Virus record (IMG/VR): IMGVR_UViG_2802429244_000003
Origin: a virus
Taxonomy: Duplodnaviria; Heunggongvirae; Uroviricota; Caudoviricetes
Length of the DNA: 30,649 nt
Reading direction: 5' to 3' (one strand)
The position numbers and the translations under genes were made by a program. The notes beneath the pieces are model-generated. The model saw only the letters and a list, made by a program, of their open reading frames with translations. It did not search any database and was not told the DNA's origin. How positions within the stretch are numbered: position 1 is the stretch's first letter; the number at the start of each line of letters is the position of its first letter. Shown here one piece after another: positions 1 through 10,331 of the stretch.

Positions 1-431
1 GTTTTCGCCGCGTTCTTCGATGATGCCGCTGCAGTTTCGGATTTCTTTGCCGCCGCTGCGCTCTGAGAGGCGGCTTCGGCGTTGCGTGCCGCTTCTTCCA
101 CCATTGCCTCAAAACGACGCAATGCCTCCGGCATGACATCCTCTTCCGTCATGGCACCGAGAAAATCATTCAGCGTACCTGGTCTGGAGCCTTCATAGAC
201 GGTAATGGTTCCGGCATGTGAAGGCGGAAAACCTTCAACCAGCAGGATGACGCTGTACTGGCCATACTCAACATCCATACTGTAACGCCCGGCTTCATCC
301 GGATTTTCAGAGGCCACCGTGTTCACCAGTACCGTGGTGCTGTTACGCTTTGCCTTCAGTTGAATAGTGCAGTTCTGTATTGGTTTTCCCGCACCATCTT
401 TCAGCACACCTGAGATTTTTACTGCTGCCAT
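1..431 (-). CDS. stf: Side tail fiber protein, N-terminal portion (gene continues past the left edge of the window)
   Basis: Reverse-strand translation from the ATG at 431 reads MAAVKISGVLKDGAGKPIQNCTIQLKAKRNSTTV..., closely matching the lambda Stf N-terminus as I recall it; GGAG 6 nt upstream of the ATG; ORF is open to position 1. Confidence 0.85.
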   Translation of the reverse strand, partial: MAAVKISGVLKDGAGKPIQNCTIQLKAKRNSTTVLVNTVASENPDEAGRYSMDVEYGQYSVILLVEGFPPSHAGTITVYEGSRPGTLNDFLGAMTEEDVMPEALRRFEAMVEEAARNAEAASQSAAAAKKSETAAASSKNAAK

Positions 432-442
432 ATCCACTCCAC

Positions 443-468
443 AAAAAAGCCCGCCAGAATCTGCGGGC
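443..468 (-). terminator. Rho-independent terminator downstream of lom
   Basis: On the minus strand: GCCCGC, 8-nt loop, GCGGGC, then TTTTTT; sits between the lom stop (496) and the stf start (431). Confidence 0.6.
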
Positions 469-495
469 TGTCATAACACTGTGTTACCTGGCTAA

Positions 496-1095
496 TCAGA
501 ATTTATAACCGACACCCACGATGAAACCGTCAGTGCGCCAGTCGCCACTGCCGGAACCTTCATAAGCAAGGTCAATGGCCACGGATTCGGTCGGGTTAAA
601 CTGCACGCCAGCCCCCCACGCCAGAGACGTGTTGCTGTGGCGACCGCCATCACTCCCGGTCAGCACATCGTGCGTTTTCCCCTTGTTGTCAGTTACGCGG
701 AGATAATCCCCGGAGAACGTCGAAACACGGCTGTAAGCCACACCTGCCATCGCATAAGCACTGAACCATTCATTCACGCGTACAGACGGCCCCGCCATCA
801 TGCTGAACCAGCGGTTACGCACGGAATCCTCATGCCAGCGGGTATCGCTGTAACGGGTAAGCTGGCGATTCTTGTCTCCTGCATAGCTGAATGACGTCAC
901 CAGCCCCAGCGTGTCCGTAAATTCATAACGGTATTTCACGTTAATGCCCTTCAGGTCATCGTTGCCGGGCATATCAGTATGGGACTGAAGATACCCGCCG
1001 CTTAGTGTGGACTGATGCTCTGCTGCGCTCGCTGGCGTACCAGCGGCGACCAGCCAGACTACTGCAGACAGAATAACAGCACATAATTTACGCAT
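496..1095 (-). CDS. lom: Outer membrane protein Lom (Ail/Lom/PagC family beta-barrel)
   Basis: 199 aa with an N-terminal signal peptide ([24 protein letters not shown]) and C-terminal ...[23 protein letters not shown], matching lambda Lom as recalled; GAGAGG Shine-Dalgarno upstream. Confidence 0.9.
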   Translation of the reverse strand: MRKLCAVILSAVVWLVAAGTPASAAEHQSTLSGGYLQSHTDMPGNDDLKGINVKYRYEFTDTLGLVTSFSYAGDKNRQLTRYSDTRWHEDSVRNRWFSMMAGPSVRVNEWFSAYAMAGVAYSRVSTFSGDYLRVTDNKGKTHDVLTGSDGGRHSNTSLAWGAGVQFNPTESVAIDLAYEGSGSGDWRTDGFIVGVGYKF

Positions 1096-1119
1096 AATTA
1101 CCTCTCGCTTTTCTGCAAT

Positions 1120-1143
1120 AAAAAAGGCGCCATTTCTGGCGCC
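1120..1143 (-). terminator. Rho-independent terminator downstream of J
   Basis: On the minus strand: GGCGCC, AGAAAT loop, GGCGCC, then TTTTTTATT; lies between the J stop (1163) and the lom start (1095). Confidence 0.6.
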
Positions 1144-1162
1144 CGTATTGGGGTTATAAAAT

Positions 1163-4100
1163 TCAACTAATACTGATACCGGAAGCAGCTTTTTTGGTCA
1201 CAATCACCGTACAGTCTGTGATGTTACCTGCGCCCTGATTGCCTTTCTGGAAAATCTTAAACTCCAGAGTGACGCTACCACCACCACTCGGCATATCAAT
1301 AACCGCACTGTAACTACCGGGAATGGCTCCTTTAGTTTCTCTGGATGCGATTAATACGCCGTTTTTGCGAACTTCAAAACCATAACCCGTGTATCGCGTA
1401 CCTCCCGGGTTATTACCGCTCCCCGGATCGTCATACGCCACACCGTTAAAAATAATGGGCGGAATAATAATCTGGCGGTCAAAGTTATGATCATCGTAAA
1501 TGGTGACTGTAACCGTCCCGTTTGGTGTTTCCGTGTTACCCCACGTACCAGCCTGTTTCGGGAATGATTTGGAGACAGTTTTAACGAAGTCACCTCTGAC
1601 CTGGTTCGCCTCCAGCATGCCCTTAATCGTACAGTTTTCATTTACCGTGACGTTGTTGAGCGTCCCGGAGTTCGCGTTCACGTTACCGCTGATATCCGCA
1701 TTTTTCGCCGTCAGCCGCCCGTCCGGTGTCAGGGAAAATACCGGAGGATTGCCGCCGCTGGTAATGGTGGGAGCCGTCAGATACTTCAGGAACACTTCGT
1801 TCATGAATATCTGGTTGCCCTGCGCAACAAACATCGGCGTTTCATTCCCGTTTGCCGGGTCAATAAACGCGATACGGTTAGCGGCAACCAGGAACTGGCT
1901 CAGTTTGCCTTCCTCTGTATCCTCCATGCTGAGGCCAAGCCCCGCGACATAATGCTTACCGTCTTCGGTCTGCTCAATTTTGACGCCCCACATGGCATTC
2001 CACTTATCGTTGGCGTCCTTCCACTCTTTCGAAAACTGATCCAGTCTGCTGGCGTTATCCTCTGTCAGGTCGACTTTTTCCAGCAACTCCTTGCCGAGAT
2101 GGGATTCAGTTATCTGGCCTTTGAAAAAATCCAGGTAACCTTCCGCATCATCGCTCGCCCGACCGACAGCCTCCACGAATGCCGATTTGCCAACGGTGTT
2201 CACACTGCGAATGTAAAAATAATAATCATGGTCCGGCTTAATATTGATACTGGCAGCTATCCAGTACAGCGCCGTGCCAAGATAGCGGGCTGTGGTTTCA
2301 ACCTGCCTGATATCCGCAATCCGCTTTTCCGAGAACCAGAACTCAAACTGTACCGTCGGATCATAAACGGCAAGATGGGGCGTGGCGGTTATCTGAAAAT
2401 AGCCAGGTGTCAGCTCAATCCGAGACGGCGCTGCCGGTGCGGCAATCCGGAACGATACCGATGCCGGATCGCCCTGCTGTCCCCACGCATTTACCGCCCG
2501 GACTGTCAGCCTGTAGTTCCCCAGCGCCAGTTGCGTGAAGCGGTATGTGGTTTCCGTCGTCCGGGCCGTGCTGACCAGCCGCTCACTGCCGTCATCCGCT
2601 GCCACGGTCAGGCGAAGCATAAAGCTCACCCCCTTCACCACCTTCGGCGTGTCCCAGCGCGCCAGCACCTGATATTCCCCGCTGTCTGCGGTGACTTCGG
2701 CAGTCAGGTGCTGCACCGCTGGCGGCGTGACACCATTCACCGTGCCGCTCTGGTCGCCGTCAAAGTGCGCCCCGTTATCCACGATAGCCTCTTTTTCCGG
2801 TACATGCTGCACGGCGGTGATGGCATACGTGCCGTCATCGTTCTCACGGATACTCACGCAGCGGAACAGGCGCTGGCGCAGCGTCGGCAGCTTCAGCCCC
2901 CACACGCTGTATCCGGCAACGCCGTCAGGAACACGGCTCACTTTTACCTTCACGCCGTCGGTGACGGACTGGACCTCCACGCTGACCGGATTGCCACTTC
3001 CGTCAACCAGGCTTATCAGCGTGGTACCGGAGGATGGCAGCGTGATTTCACGGTCGAGCGTCAGCGTCCGGGTCTGGCTGTTCACAGCCAGCACGCGCCC
3101 GCCGATGCTGATCCCCGCATAGTCATCATCGCAGATTTCAATAACATCACCCGGCACATGGCGAAGCCCTTCGGCACCCACGCTGAAATCCACGGTCTGC
3201 GTTTCCAGCAGTTCTGTTTTAATCAGCCACAGCCCGGCGCGGTGTGCCTGCCCCCGACTGGTACAGCCAAAGGCATCCATCTTCGTGACGTTACGACCGT
3301 AACGGGCAATGGCCTGCGTGTCCTCCACAAGCTCTGTCGCCGTCTCCCAGCCGTTATCCGGGTCAATCCAGTTCACCTCAACGGCATTATGGCGGTCCTT
3401 CAGGGCGCTGAAGCTGTAGCGGAACGGCGCGCCATCATCCGGCATCACCACATTACTGCGGTTATAGGTCCACACCTTATCCGACGGTCGGTCCTGCACG
3501 AACGTCAGCGTCTGCCCGTTCCATACCGGCATACAGCGCATCGCCGAGCAGAAATCGCTGAGCACATCCCACGCCTTACGCTGAGTGGTCAGCCAGGCAT
3601 TACAGGTGATGCGCGGCTCCGTGCCGCCAAAGCCGTCCGGCACCGACTGGTCGCAATTCTGGCCGATGACATACAGCGCCCATTTATCCACATCTGCCGC
3701 ACCAAGACGTTTCCCCATGCCGTAGCGCGGGTGGGTCAGCATATCCCACAGACACCAGGCCATATTGTTGCTGTATGCTGGCTTAAACGTTCCGTCCCAG
3801 ATACCGCTGTATTGCCGCGTCTGCGGGTTATAGTTCGACGGCACCTGCAGAATGCGCCCGCGAAGATGATAATTACGGCTCACCTGCTGACTGCCGAACT
3901 GTTCCGAGTCCACCTGCACGCCGACCAGTGCCGTGTTCGGGTAGCACTGTTTCACATCGATGATTTCGGTGTATGACGACCAGAGCGTTTTGTTCTGCAG
4001 CTGGTCTGTGGTGCTGTCCGGTGTCATCCTGCGCATCCGGATATTAAACGGGCGCGGCGGCAGGTTATCCACCACCACCGAGGCCAGATACTGCGACGTG

Positions 4101-4576
4101 GTTTTGCCCTTAATGGTGATGTCTTTTTCCGTCACCCAGCCACCGTTACGCTGTATCTGAACCAGCAGGCGGACTTCCGACGGATTCCGGTCCCCTTTTG
4201 AGGTGGTTTCCACCAGTGCCTGCACACCGAAGGTAAAACGCAGACGGTCGATGTTTGCCGACGTGATGGTGCGGGTTATCGGCGTGTCATATTTCACTTC
4301 CGTACCCAGCACCGTCTCGGAGCCGGAGGATTCAAACCCCTCCGGCGGAGTCTGCTCCTGCTCACCTGCCCGGAACACCACCGTGACACCGGAGATATTG
4401 GTATTCCCCTCACTGTCCAGCACCGGCGTACTGTTCAGCAGCACGCTTTTTAACCCATCCACCGGACCTTCAATCGGCCCTTCGCTGATGACATCGATCA
4501 CACTCAGCAACTGCGTGGATTTCAGGTTGTCCTTCGCTTCGCGCGGGGTATGCCCCTTACTGCTACCTTTACCCAT
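1163..4576 (-). CDS. J: Tail tip / host specificity protein J (central tail fiber)
   Basis: 1137-aa ORF in the position lambda J occupies (lambda J is about 1132 aa), directly downstream of I and upstream of lom; contains Ig/fibronectin-like repeat region. Confidence 0.95.
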   Translation of the reverse strand: MGKGSSKGHTPREAKDNLKSTQLLSVIDVISEGPIEGPVDGLKSVLLNSTPVLDSEGNTNISGVTVVFRAGEQEQTPPEGFESSGSETVLGTEVKYDTPITRTITSANIDRLRFTFGVQALVETTSKGDRNPSEVRLLVQIQRNGGWVTEKDITIKGKTTSQYLASVVVDNLPPRPFNIRMRRMTPDSTTDQLQNKTLWSSYTEIIDVKQCYPNTALVGVQVDSEQFGSQQVSRNYHLRGRILQVPSNYNPQTRQYSGIWDGTFKPAYSNNMAWCLWDMLTHPRYGMGKRLGAADVDKWALYVIGQNCDQSVPDGFGGTEPRITCNAWLTTQRKAWDVLSDFCSAMRCMPVWNGQTLTFVQDRPSDKVWTYNRSNVVMPDDGAPFRYSFSALKDRHNAVEVNWIDPDNGWETATELVEDTQAIARYGRNVTKMDAFGCTSRGQAHRAGLWLIKTELLETQTVDFSVGAEGLRHVPGDVIEICDDDYAGISIGGRVLAVNSQTRTLTLDREITLPSSGTTLISLVDGSGNPVSVEVQSVTDGVKVKVSRVPDGVAGYSVWGLKLPTLRQRLFRCVSIRENDDGTYAITAVQHVPEKEAIVDNGAHFDGDQSGTVNGVTPPAVQHLTAEVTADSGEYQVLARWDTPKVVKGVSFMLRLTVAADDGSERLVSTARTTETTYRFTQLALGNYRLTVRAVNAWGQQGDPASVSFRIAAPAAPSRIELTPGYFQITATPHLAVYDPTVQFEFWFSEKRIADIRQVETTARYLGTALYWIAASINIKPDHDYYFYIRSVNTVGKSAFVEAVGRASDDAEGYLDFFKGQITESHLGKELLEKVDLTEDNASRLDQFSKEWKDANDKWNAMWGVKIEQTEDGKHYVAGLGLSMEDTEEGKLSQFLVAANRIAFIDPANGNETPMFVAQGNQIFMNEVFLKYLTAPTITSGGNPPVFSLTPDGRLTAKNADISGNVNANSGTLNNVTVNENCTIKGMLEANQVRGDFVKTVSKSFPKQAGTWGNTETPNGTVTVTIYDDHNFDRQIIIPPIIFNGVAYDDPGSGNNPGGTRYTGYGFEVRKNGVLIASRETKGAIPGSYSAVIDMPSGGGSVTLEFKIFQKGNQGAGNITDCTVIVTKKAASGISIS

Positions 4577-4636
4577 ACCTCATGCTCCATAAACGACAAA
4601 ACCGCCCGCAGGCGGTTTCACATAAAACATGTTACA

Positions 4637-5278
4637 TCAGCGACCAATCACCACGATTTCACCACCATCACCTTCATCAGCTGTACTGATCTCCTGAGAA
4701 ACCACACGTGACCCCACGCGCATTTCACCGAACAGAACGGGCAGGACATTGCCCTGGGCAACCATGTTATCCAGTGAGGAGAAATAGGTGTTCTGCTTTC
4801 CGTTATCCGTGCTGGTCGTTGTTGCGGTACTCGCTTTCGGTGCCAGCATCTGTGCAACACCGCCAAGCGTCATCGCCGCACCCATTGAAAAGAGAATGTC
4901 ACTGAAAGCGATACTGATCCCCGGCATCCAGATTGCCGTAGCAATCAACGCCGCACCCAGCACCGCCTGAAACACACCGCCACTTTTTGCTCCCGCAAGA
5001 CGCGGCACGATGTGGATCACGGCACCATTTGCCAGCGGCTCATTAAGACGGGATGATAATTCGGTTTCTCCTGCATCACGCCCGGCAATGCGCACCTGAT
5101 ACCAGCCCTCATTCAGTTTCTGACGAAATGCCGGGAGCTGTGTGGCCAGTGCCCGGATGGCTTCAGCCCCCGTTTTCACACGAAGGTCGATGCGGCGGCC
5201 AAATCGTTGCAAATCCCCGTAAAGGCAGATGCGTGCCATGCCCGGTGACGCCAGAGGGAGTGTGTGCGTCGCTGCCAT
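4637..5278 (-). CDS. I: Tail assembly protein I
   Basis: 213 aa; N-terminus MAATHTLPLASPGMARICLYGDLQRFGRRIDLRVKTGAEAIRALATQLPAFRQKL and C-terminus ...YFSSLDNMVAQGNVLPVLFGEMRVGSRVVSQEISTADEGDGG match lambda gpI as recalled. Confidence 0.9.
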   Translation of the reverse strand: MAATHTLPLASPGMARICLYGDLQRFGRRIDLRVKTGAEAIRALATQLPAFRQKLNEGWYQVRIAGRDAGETELSSRLNEPLANGAVIHIVPRLAGAKSGGVFQAVLGAALIATAIWMPGISIAFSDILFSMGAAMTLGGVAQMLAPKASTATTTSTDNGKQNTYFSSLDNMVAQGNVLPVLFGEMRVGSRVVSQEISTADEGDGGEIVVIGR

Positions 5279-5919
5279 TTGTCGGTATACCTCTCTCGTT
5301 TGCTCAGTTGTTCAGGAATATGGTGCAGCAGCTCGCCATCACCACAGTAAATAGCGGCATGATTCGGCACCGATGAACCAAAGCAGCACAGCAGCACATC
5401 GCCCGGCTGCGCCGCTGACAACGGCACCTGATACAGCCCCGTTGCCTCCAGATTATCCAGATAGAGATTCTGACCGTGACGCCACCAGTCATCCTCCCGC
5501 GTAAAATCCGGCATCTCAATCCCCGCCAGATGGTAAGCATCCCGGAACAGCGTGTAACAGTCCGTCACCCCGTGCTCAAAGCGCCGCCCGGTGAGATGCG
5601 GCACACAGCGGAACTTGTGAATCGCCCCCCGGCAGACCAGCCACCACGGCAAATCACTCTGCACCTGCAGCCGCCGGTCGGCCTCACTCAGCCAGGGCAG
5701 ACCACCGGGGTGGCTGTGGACCAGCGCCACAATCTCACCCTGCATCTCTGCCTGCAGCCAGTCCTCCGGAGCCATCCGGAAATACTCCTCCGGCTCACCG
5801 GAAATATTCACGCAGGGAAAATATCTTTCCCCCTCCGGCGTTCTCACCACGAAGCCGCACGACTCCGCTGGCGCACATCGCCGGGCGTGCGCCAGAATCG
5901 CTGATTCTGTCTCTGTCAT
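5176..5919 (-). CDS. K: Tail assembly protein K (JAMM/MPN metalloprotease motif plus NlpC/P60-like cysteine peptidase region)
   Basis: HSHPGG...SEAD JAMM-type motif; a Cys-containing segment consistent with NlpC/P60; overlaps I by about 100 nt as lambda K does. Start chosen at the internal Met (MTETESAIL...) just after the L stop; the ORF track allows 5961 as an alternative start. Confidence 0.8.
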   Translation of the reverse strand: MTETESAILAHARRCAPAESCGFVVRTPEGERYFPCVNISGEPEEYFRMAPEDWLQAEMQGEIVALVHSHPGGLPWLSEADRRLQVQSDLPWWLVCRGAIHKFRCVPHLTGRRFEHGVTDCYTLFRDAYHLAGIEMPDFTREDDWWRHGQNLYLDNLEATGLYQVPLSAAQPGDVLLCCFGSSVPNHAAIYCGDGELLHHIPEQLSKRERYTDKWQRRTHSLWRHRAWHASAFTGICNDLAAASTFV

Positions 5920-5923
5920 GGGA

Positions 5924-6622
5924 TTACTGCGAAAGTTTGTTAATGGAAAGGAAGCCGCCAAAGTTGCCGACGTTATTGCGAAACTTACAGCCGCTCAGGC
6001 ATTTGCTGCATTTATCCTTCGTGATATCGGACGTCGGCTGGTCATATTCATCCGCAACAGCCGGACCGTTATAACCGCACTCATCACCGCGATAGGTCCA
6101 GGTGCAGGTGTTGGCCAGCATGATACGCCCCGGAAAAACAGCGCCATCCGTTTCCGTTGGCGTGGCCAGTACAAAAGAGGCACTGACTGCGCTCAGTTCG
6201 CTGCACTGCTCGATGCGCCAGCGGCTGATCACCTCCTGCTCCGGATCGGCTTCGCTGTTTCCGTTGACGAAGTTCACCGCATCCAGAAAACGGGCATAAA
6301 CCTTACGCCTGACCACCGTTCCGCCGACCAGACTCTGCAGATCTTCCGCCATCCCGGTGACCATACCGTACAGGTTAGAAACCGTCAGCGTGGGGCGCGT
6401 ACTGGTGCCTTTGCCATTCAGTTCAAAACCACTCCCCTGAATGGGATACGCCTGATACTGTCTCCCCTGCCAGGTGACCGGCTCACCTTTTTCGTTCTGC
6501 TCATTACAGAAAAAATAACGTTCTCCACCGATCTCTGTCAGATCGATTTCCCAGAGCACCACGCTGGCCGACTGCTCCGCACGGGTGCATTCATTCAGTG
6601 TGTCCTGTCGGATATCCTGCAT
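5924..6622 (-). CDS. L: Minor tail protein L
   Basis: 232 aa, the same length as lambda gpL, in the syntenic position between M and K; cysteine-rich C-terminus. Confidence 0.9.
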   Translation of the reverse strand: MQDIRQDTLNECTRAEQSASVVLWEIDLTEIGGERYFFCNEQNEKGEPVTWQGRQYQAYPIQGSGFELNGKGTSTRPTLTVSNLYGMVTGMAEDLQSLVGGTVVRRKVYARFLDAVNFVNGNSEADPEQEVISRWRIEQCSELSAVSASFVLATPTETDGAVFPGRIMLANTCTWTYRGDECGYNGPAVADEYDQPTSDITKDKCSKCLSGCKFRNNVGNFGGFLSINKLSQ

Positions 6623-6951
6623 CAGTTCACCACCTGTTCAAACTCTGCGCTAAACTCAACACGCAACATACTGACCCGCGACGACCATTTTGCGCAGGTC
6701 ACCTTTATCTGCCGGTAGCCATAAGGCGGCGTCCACAGAAAGGCCTTCCAGCCCCCGTGCTCAGCCAGAAACGATTCCAGTGCCGTGGCCTCCTCGCGGG
6801 GAACAGAAAGCGTCACGCTGTACGTTTTCAGGTCAGCGTTCAGCCCGGCAGGCGCACGCTGAGAATAGCCATCACCAAAGCGCACCTTTCTTACGGAAGG
6901 GGCCGAAGCCACATCCATACCGGGTTTCACTTTCCAGCGGAAGGTTTTCAT
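6622..6951 (-). CDS. M: Minor tail protein M
   Basis: 109 aa, the same length as lambda gpM, immediately after the tape measure gene; start overlaps the H stop. Confidence 0.9.
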   Translation of the reverse strand: MKTFRWKVKPGMDVASAPSVRKVRFGDGYSQRAPAGLNADLKTYSVTLSVPREEATALESFLAEHGGWKAFLWTPPYGYRQIKVTCAKWSSRVSMLRVEFSAEFEQVVN

Positions 6952-9900
6952 CGTCCACCTCCGGAGAACAGACCACCATCACGGGACTGCTGTTGCATAA
7001 AGTCCGCTGCTGCTTTTTTCCCGAGGTCATAAACCACCTTCAGGGCAGCCGGACCTATCTGCCCGTTCGTGCCATCGTTATTGATCTCAATGTTGTACTG
7101 CGGGGCAAACATCGCCATACCTGAACCACCAATATCCGCCACAACCCCCAGCTTACCATCAGCACCACGACGCAGAGGCAGAATGGCTTCAGGCCCAGCT
7201 TCCCCCATCACACCTGCACCTTTTGCAAAAGCAAAAAACGTCGGACGGTTAACCACCGTGCCACTGTAGCGACTCAAATCAGCAGACTGATAAACACCAC
7301 CATCAGCATTGGGCGTCACACTGGCAGTTGCTGCACTCCCCCAGCCAAACGCCGAACCAATCCCCTTAACTGCCTGCATCATGGACATCTGGGCCATGAT
7401 TTTTGCCAGATCAGAAAGGAGCGAGGCGGTAAAAGATTTGAAGTTCAGTTTTCCGGTGGTACAGAAGGTTGCCAGTGCATTACCTGCACTGTTAAATGCC
7501 GCTGTAAGCATCTGCTCAGCAGTGCCTGCCGCATTATCCGCATCTGCCGTGAAATTCTGAAACGCCCGCATGGCACCGTTTTTCCAGTTACCCTGAGCAA
7601 TTTCAAGCTGTTGCCAGTAACGGCGATTCTCATTCAGTTGTCGGTTCAGGCTCTCCGTCAGCGCCTGCTCGGCCTTTCTGTAGTCATCCGTGTTATATGT
7701 CCCTTTCTGCTCACTATCCCGCCTCAACTGCTCCAGCTGTTGCTGGTATTTCTGGCGAAGACTCAGTTGTACCTGATATCGCTGCCGCTGCTGATCACCC
7801 ATACCCACCGTGGCGATATCCAGGTCATGTTGCTGACGCTGAGCGCGCTCTTCTTCAGCCAGTTGACTGGTCAGCTGAATTGTTTTTTTCTTCAGCTCGT
7901 TGAGTGCCGTCTGTTTCTGAAGCTCCTGCTGTTTTACATCCAGCAGCGTCAATGCCTGAATCAGTTCATCTTTACGGGCAAGCACACTCTTTTCATCTGC
8001 CGTCAGTTTTTTCCCGTCCAGGTCGCTGATGCGCTGCTGCAGAGCCAGAAGCTGTTTATGCGCTTCTGTCATCTTTTCAGTGGCAATGCCTGCTGACTGT
8101 CTTGCAGCAGCAATTTGCCCTTCCACCTGTGCCTGTTGCTGACTGTACTGCAGCAATAACCGGGTGGCCTCATCATTACGGGTTTCGCGTGTTTTTTTCT
8201 TACCGGATGCCAGGGCTTTCTCGTAACGTTCATTTTCACGTTGTATCGCCGCATCCCTGACAGCCTGGTCGGCGTACTGCATGGCATTAATACGCGCAAT
8301 TTCACGCTGATGTCGTGCTGCTTCCGTTTCATTCATCCGGTTCAGTGCAGCATTTTCAGCATTACGGCGTTTCTGTTGCTCCTGATAATTCCGCTCTGCC
8401 TGCTCTTTTGCATCCTGCAAATCCTTCTGGCGTTTTTTCTCCTGAAGCTCGTTAAGACGCTGCTGATCGTATTCAACCTGAGAAGATGATGCCGTCCAGG
8501 GGAGTCTTTTCGCCCGCGACACTTTCTCCTGTAAAGCGGCAATCTGTTCATCCAGCGAGTCTTCACGACCAATATTCATGGCCGCATCCCAGAAACGACT
8601 GCACAAATCAGACAGATACTTCAGCGTACTGCCAAGCGCATTGAGGTTATTATCAATATCCGCAGTACGCCGACCGGTTTCCTCTGCCAGTGCAGACATG
8701 GCTATCCGTGCAGCATCACTGGACCGCCCCTGCTCCCCAAGGACGCGTATCTGCTCAAGCTGAGTGGCAGTAAGAAAATGCAGCTCATTGTCCAGAGCCT
8801 TCGCGGCATTTACAGGATCATCCTTCAGCCGCTTAAACAGATTTATGGTATCGCTGACCGACTGGCCAACCGATCGCTCCATCTGTGCGGCAGCTCTCGC
8901 CACCATACCGATATCGTTTCCACGAAATGCACCACTCCCCACCACCTGAGCCAGCGCACCGGCTGCAGCATGTTGCGTGATACCATTCCCGGAAATAGCA
9001 CGACTGAGCGTCCACAGTTGCCCGGCAGTGACTCCGGCATAATGCCCCGTCAGCGACAACTGGCGGTTAAATTCTTCCCCCTCCTTCTGACCGTCATACC
9101 AGGCTTTACCCAGACCATAGACGGCCGCGGCAATACCGCCAATAACCCCGCCCAGCATCATGCCTTTCGGTGACATCAGTGTGTCTATCCATCCGGCACG
9201 GTTAGCCAGCGTTATCCCGGATCCCCTCAGCGCACCTAAATTGCCGCGGGCCAGTTCACCTATCAGAACGCCTATCTCCTGGCGGGCCGCTGCACTTTTC
9301 AGACCCAGCGAATGCGTGGCTTTTCCTGCCTGCTCCATTTTGCGGATATACACTTCTGCAGCACTGCTTACCCCCAGCTGGGCAGCCTTAGCACGAAGCA
9401 ACTCAGAAGAAGAAAGATTCTGGCGGGTTGCCTGCTCTTTAAGCTGACGGATAAACGCCACTTTCTGTCGGGTAGCCTCTTCCTCAGCCTGTGTAAGAAC
9501 ACGGGTTTTCGCCGTAACCTCAGAAATCAGCGCCAGATAATCCTGCTGACCAACCCCGCCACTGTGTCTGGCCTGTCGGATCTGCTGCTGAATACGCTGT
9601 AATTCCTGCAGCCCCGCACTGGCCTGTTTCACACTGTCAATCTGACGATAAAACGCAGCAGCCGCTTTATCCTGAGCCTCCGCCAGAGCCATGGCCTGCG
9701 CCTGTTCCTCGCGCATTTTCTGGCTCAGTGCCTCCATGCGCTGGCGGGTTTTCTCCACCTCGCGGGCCATGCGTTCATGAGCCTGTGCGCTCTTCTCCAC
9801 CGTCTGCGCATGGACGGATGCGGCTGTTGCAGCCGAAGAAGCCGCCTGCGTTGTCTGCCGGGCGGCCTGAGTCTGACGCTCAATAAAACGCTGCATACGG

Positions 9901-10052
9901 GCAGAAGACCGTTCTGCATCGCTGGCTGCACCATTCAGAAGGTTTTTGATACGGGGAATTTCATTTTTAAACTCTGCCGCATCAATCCCCAAATCAATGA
10001 CCAGGTTGGCTATCTGGTCCATAACGCACACCTCCGGAAATACCTTCCCCAA
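6948..10052 (-). CDS. H: Tail tape measure protein H
   Basis: 1034-aa ORF with extensive Q/A/E/R-rich coiled-coil sequence and Gly-rich hydrophobic segments; located between G/GT and M. Confidence 0.9.
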   Translation of the reverse strand: MGKVFPEVCVMDQIANLVIDLGIDAAEFKNEIPRIKNLLNGAASDAERSSARMQRFIERQTQAARQTTQAASSAATAASVHAQTVEKSAQAHERMAREVEKTRQRMEALSQKMREEQAQAMALAEAQDKAAAAFYRQIDSVKQASAGLQELQRIQQQIRQARHSGGVGQQDYLALISEVTAKTRVLTQAEEEATRQKVAFIRQLKEQATRQNLSSSELLRAKAAQLGVSSAAEVYIRKMEQAGKATHSLGLKSAAARQEIGVLIGELARGNLGALRGSGITLANRAGWIDTLMSPKGMMLGGVIGGIAAAVYGLGKAWYDGQKEGEEFNRQLSLTGHYAGVTAGQLWTLSRAISGNGITQHAAAGALAQVVGSGAFRGNDIGMVARAAAQMERSVGQSVSDTINLFKRLKDDPVNAAKALDNELHFLTATQLEQIRVLGEQGRSSDAARIAMSALAEETGRRTADIDNNLNALGSTLKYLSDLCSRFWDAAMNIGREDSLDEQIAALQEKVSRAKRLPWTASSSQVEYDQQRLNELQEKKRQKDLQDAKEQAERNYQEQQKRRNAENAALNRMNETEAARHQREIARINAMQYADQAVRDAAIQRENERYEKALASGKKKTRETRNDEATRLLLQYSQQQAQVEGQIAAARQSAGIATEKMTEAHKQLLALQQRISDLDGKKLTADEKSVLARKDELIQALTLLDVKQQELQKQTALNELKKKTIQLTSQLAEEERAQRQQHDLDIATVGMGDQQRQRYQVQLSLRQKYQQQLEQLRRDSEQKGTYNTDDYRKAEQALTESLNRQLNENRRYWQQLEIAQGNWKNGAMRAFQNFTADADNAAGTAEQMLTAAFNSAGNALATFCTTGKLNFKSFTASLLSDLAKIMAQMSMMQAVKGIGSAFGWGSAATASVTPNADGGVYQSADLSRYSGTVVNRPTFFAFAKGAGVMGEAGPEAILPLRRGADGKLGVVADIGGSGMAMFAPQYNIEINNDGTNGQIGPAALKVVYDLGKKAAADFMQQQSRDGGLFSGGGR

Positions 10053-10323
10053 GATGCATCAGTTCTTCGTCCGTTCGCTCCGGTATCCCGTTCTCTTCCG
10101 GTAAAAGGCTGAAATCAGCCACCGCAGCATCATTGCTGCCGGACACCATTCTCACGATCAATGCCTTCAGCGAGGCAAACTGCGCATCCATCCACACATC
10201 ACTGAAGCTCTGCATCCGGAAATAATCGCCCCACTCACCAAGCTCAGTGGCTGACATTTCCGACAGCATCCGCCGCCAGTCTGCCCGCCGGAACTCCCGG
10301 GCAAGCCGCATGACAAACTGCAT
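9994..10323 (-). CDS. T: T segment of tail assembly chaperone GT, expressed as a G-T fusion by -1 ribosomal frameshift
   Basis: 109-aa ORF in the -1 frame relative to G, starting 9 nt after the G stop; the -1 frame is open across the G 3' end; lambda G/GT analogy. Confidence 0.7.
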   Translation of the reverse strand: MQFVMRLAREFRRADWRRMLSEMSATELGEWGDYFRMQSFSDVWMDAQFASLKALIVRMVSGSNDAAVADFSLLPEENGIPERTDEELMHLGEGISGGVRYGPDSQPGH

Positions 10324-10331
10324 TTCCCGCG

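Noticed and set aside
1500-1952. 150-aa plus-strand ORF
   Set aside because: Antisense to J; same reasoning as above.
1952-3976. 674-aa ORF on the plus strand
   Set aside because: It lies entirely antisense to the J gene, is Arg/His/Pro-rich and low-complexity, and has no ribosome binding site context; a shadow ORF of the J coding strand.
7611-8096. 161-aa plus-strand ORF and other small ORFs inside the tape measure gene
   Set aside because: Antisense to H within a repetitive coiled-coil coding region; Leu/Gln-rich composition typical of shadow frames.
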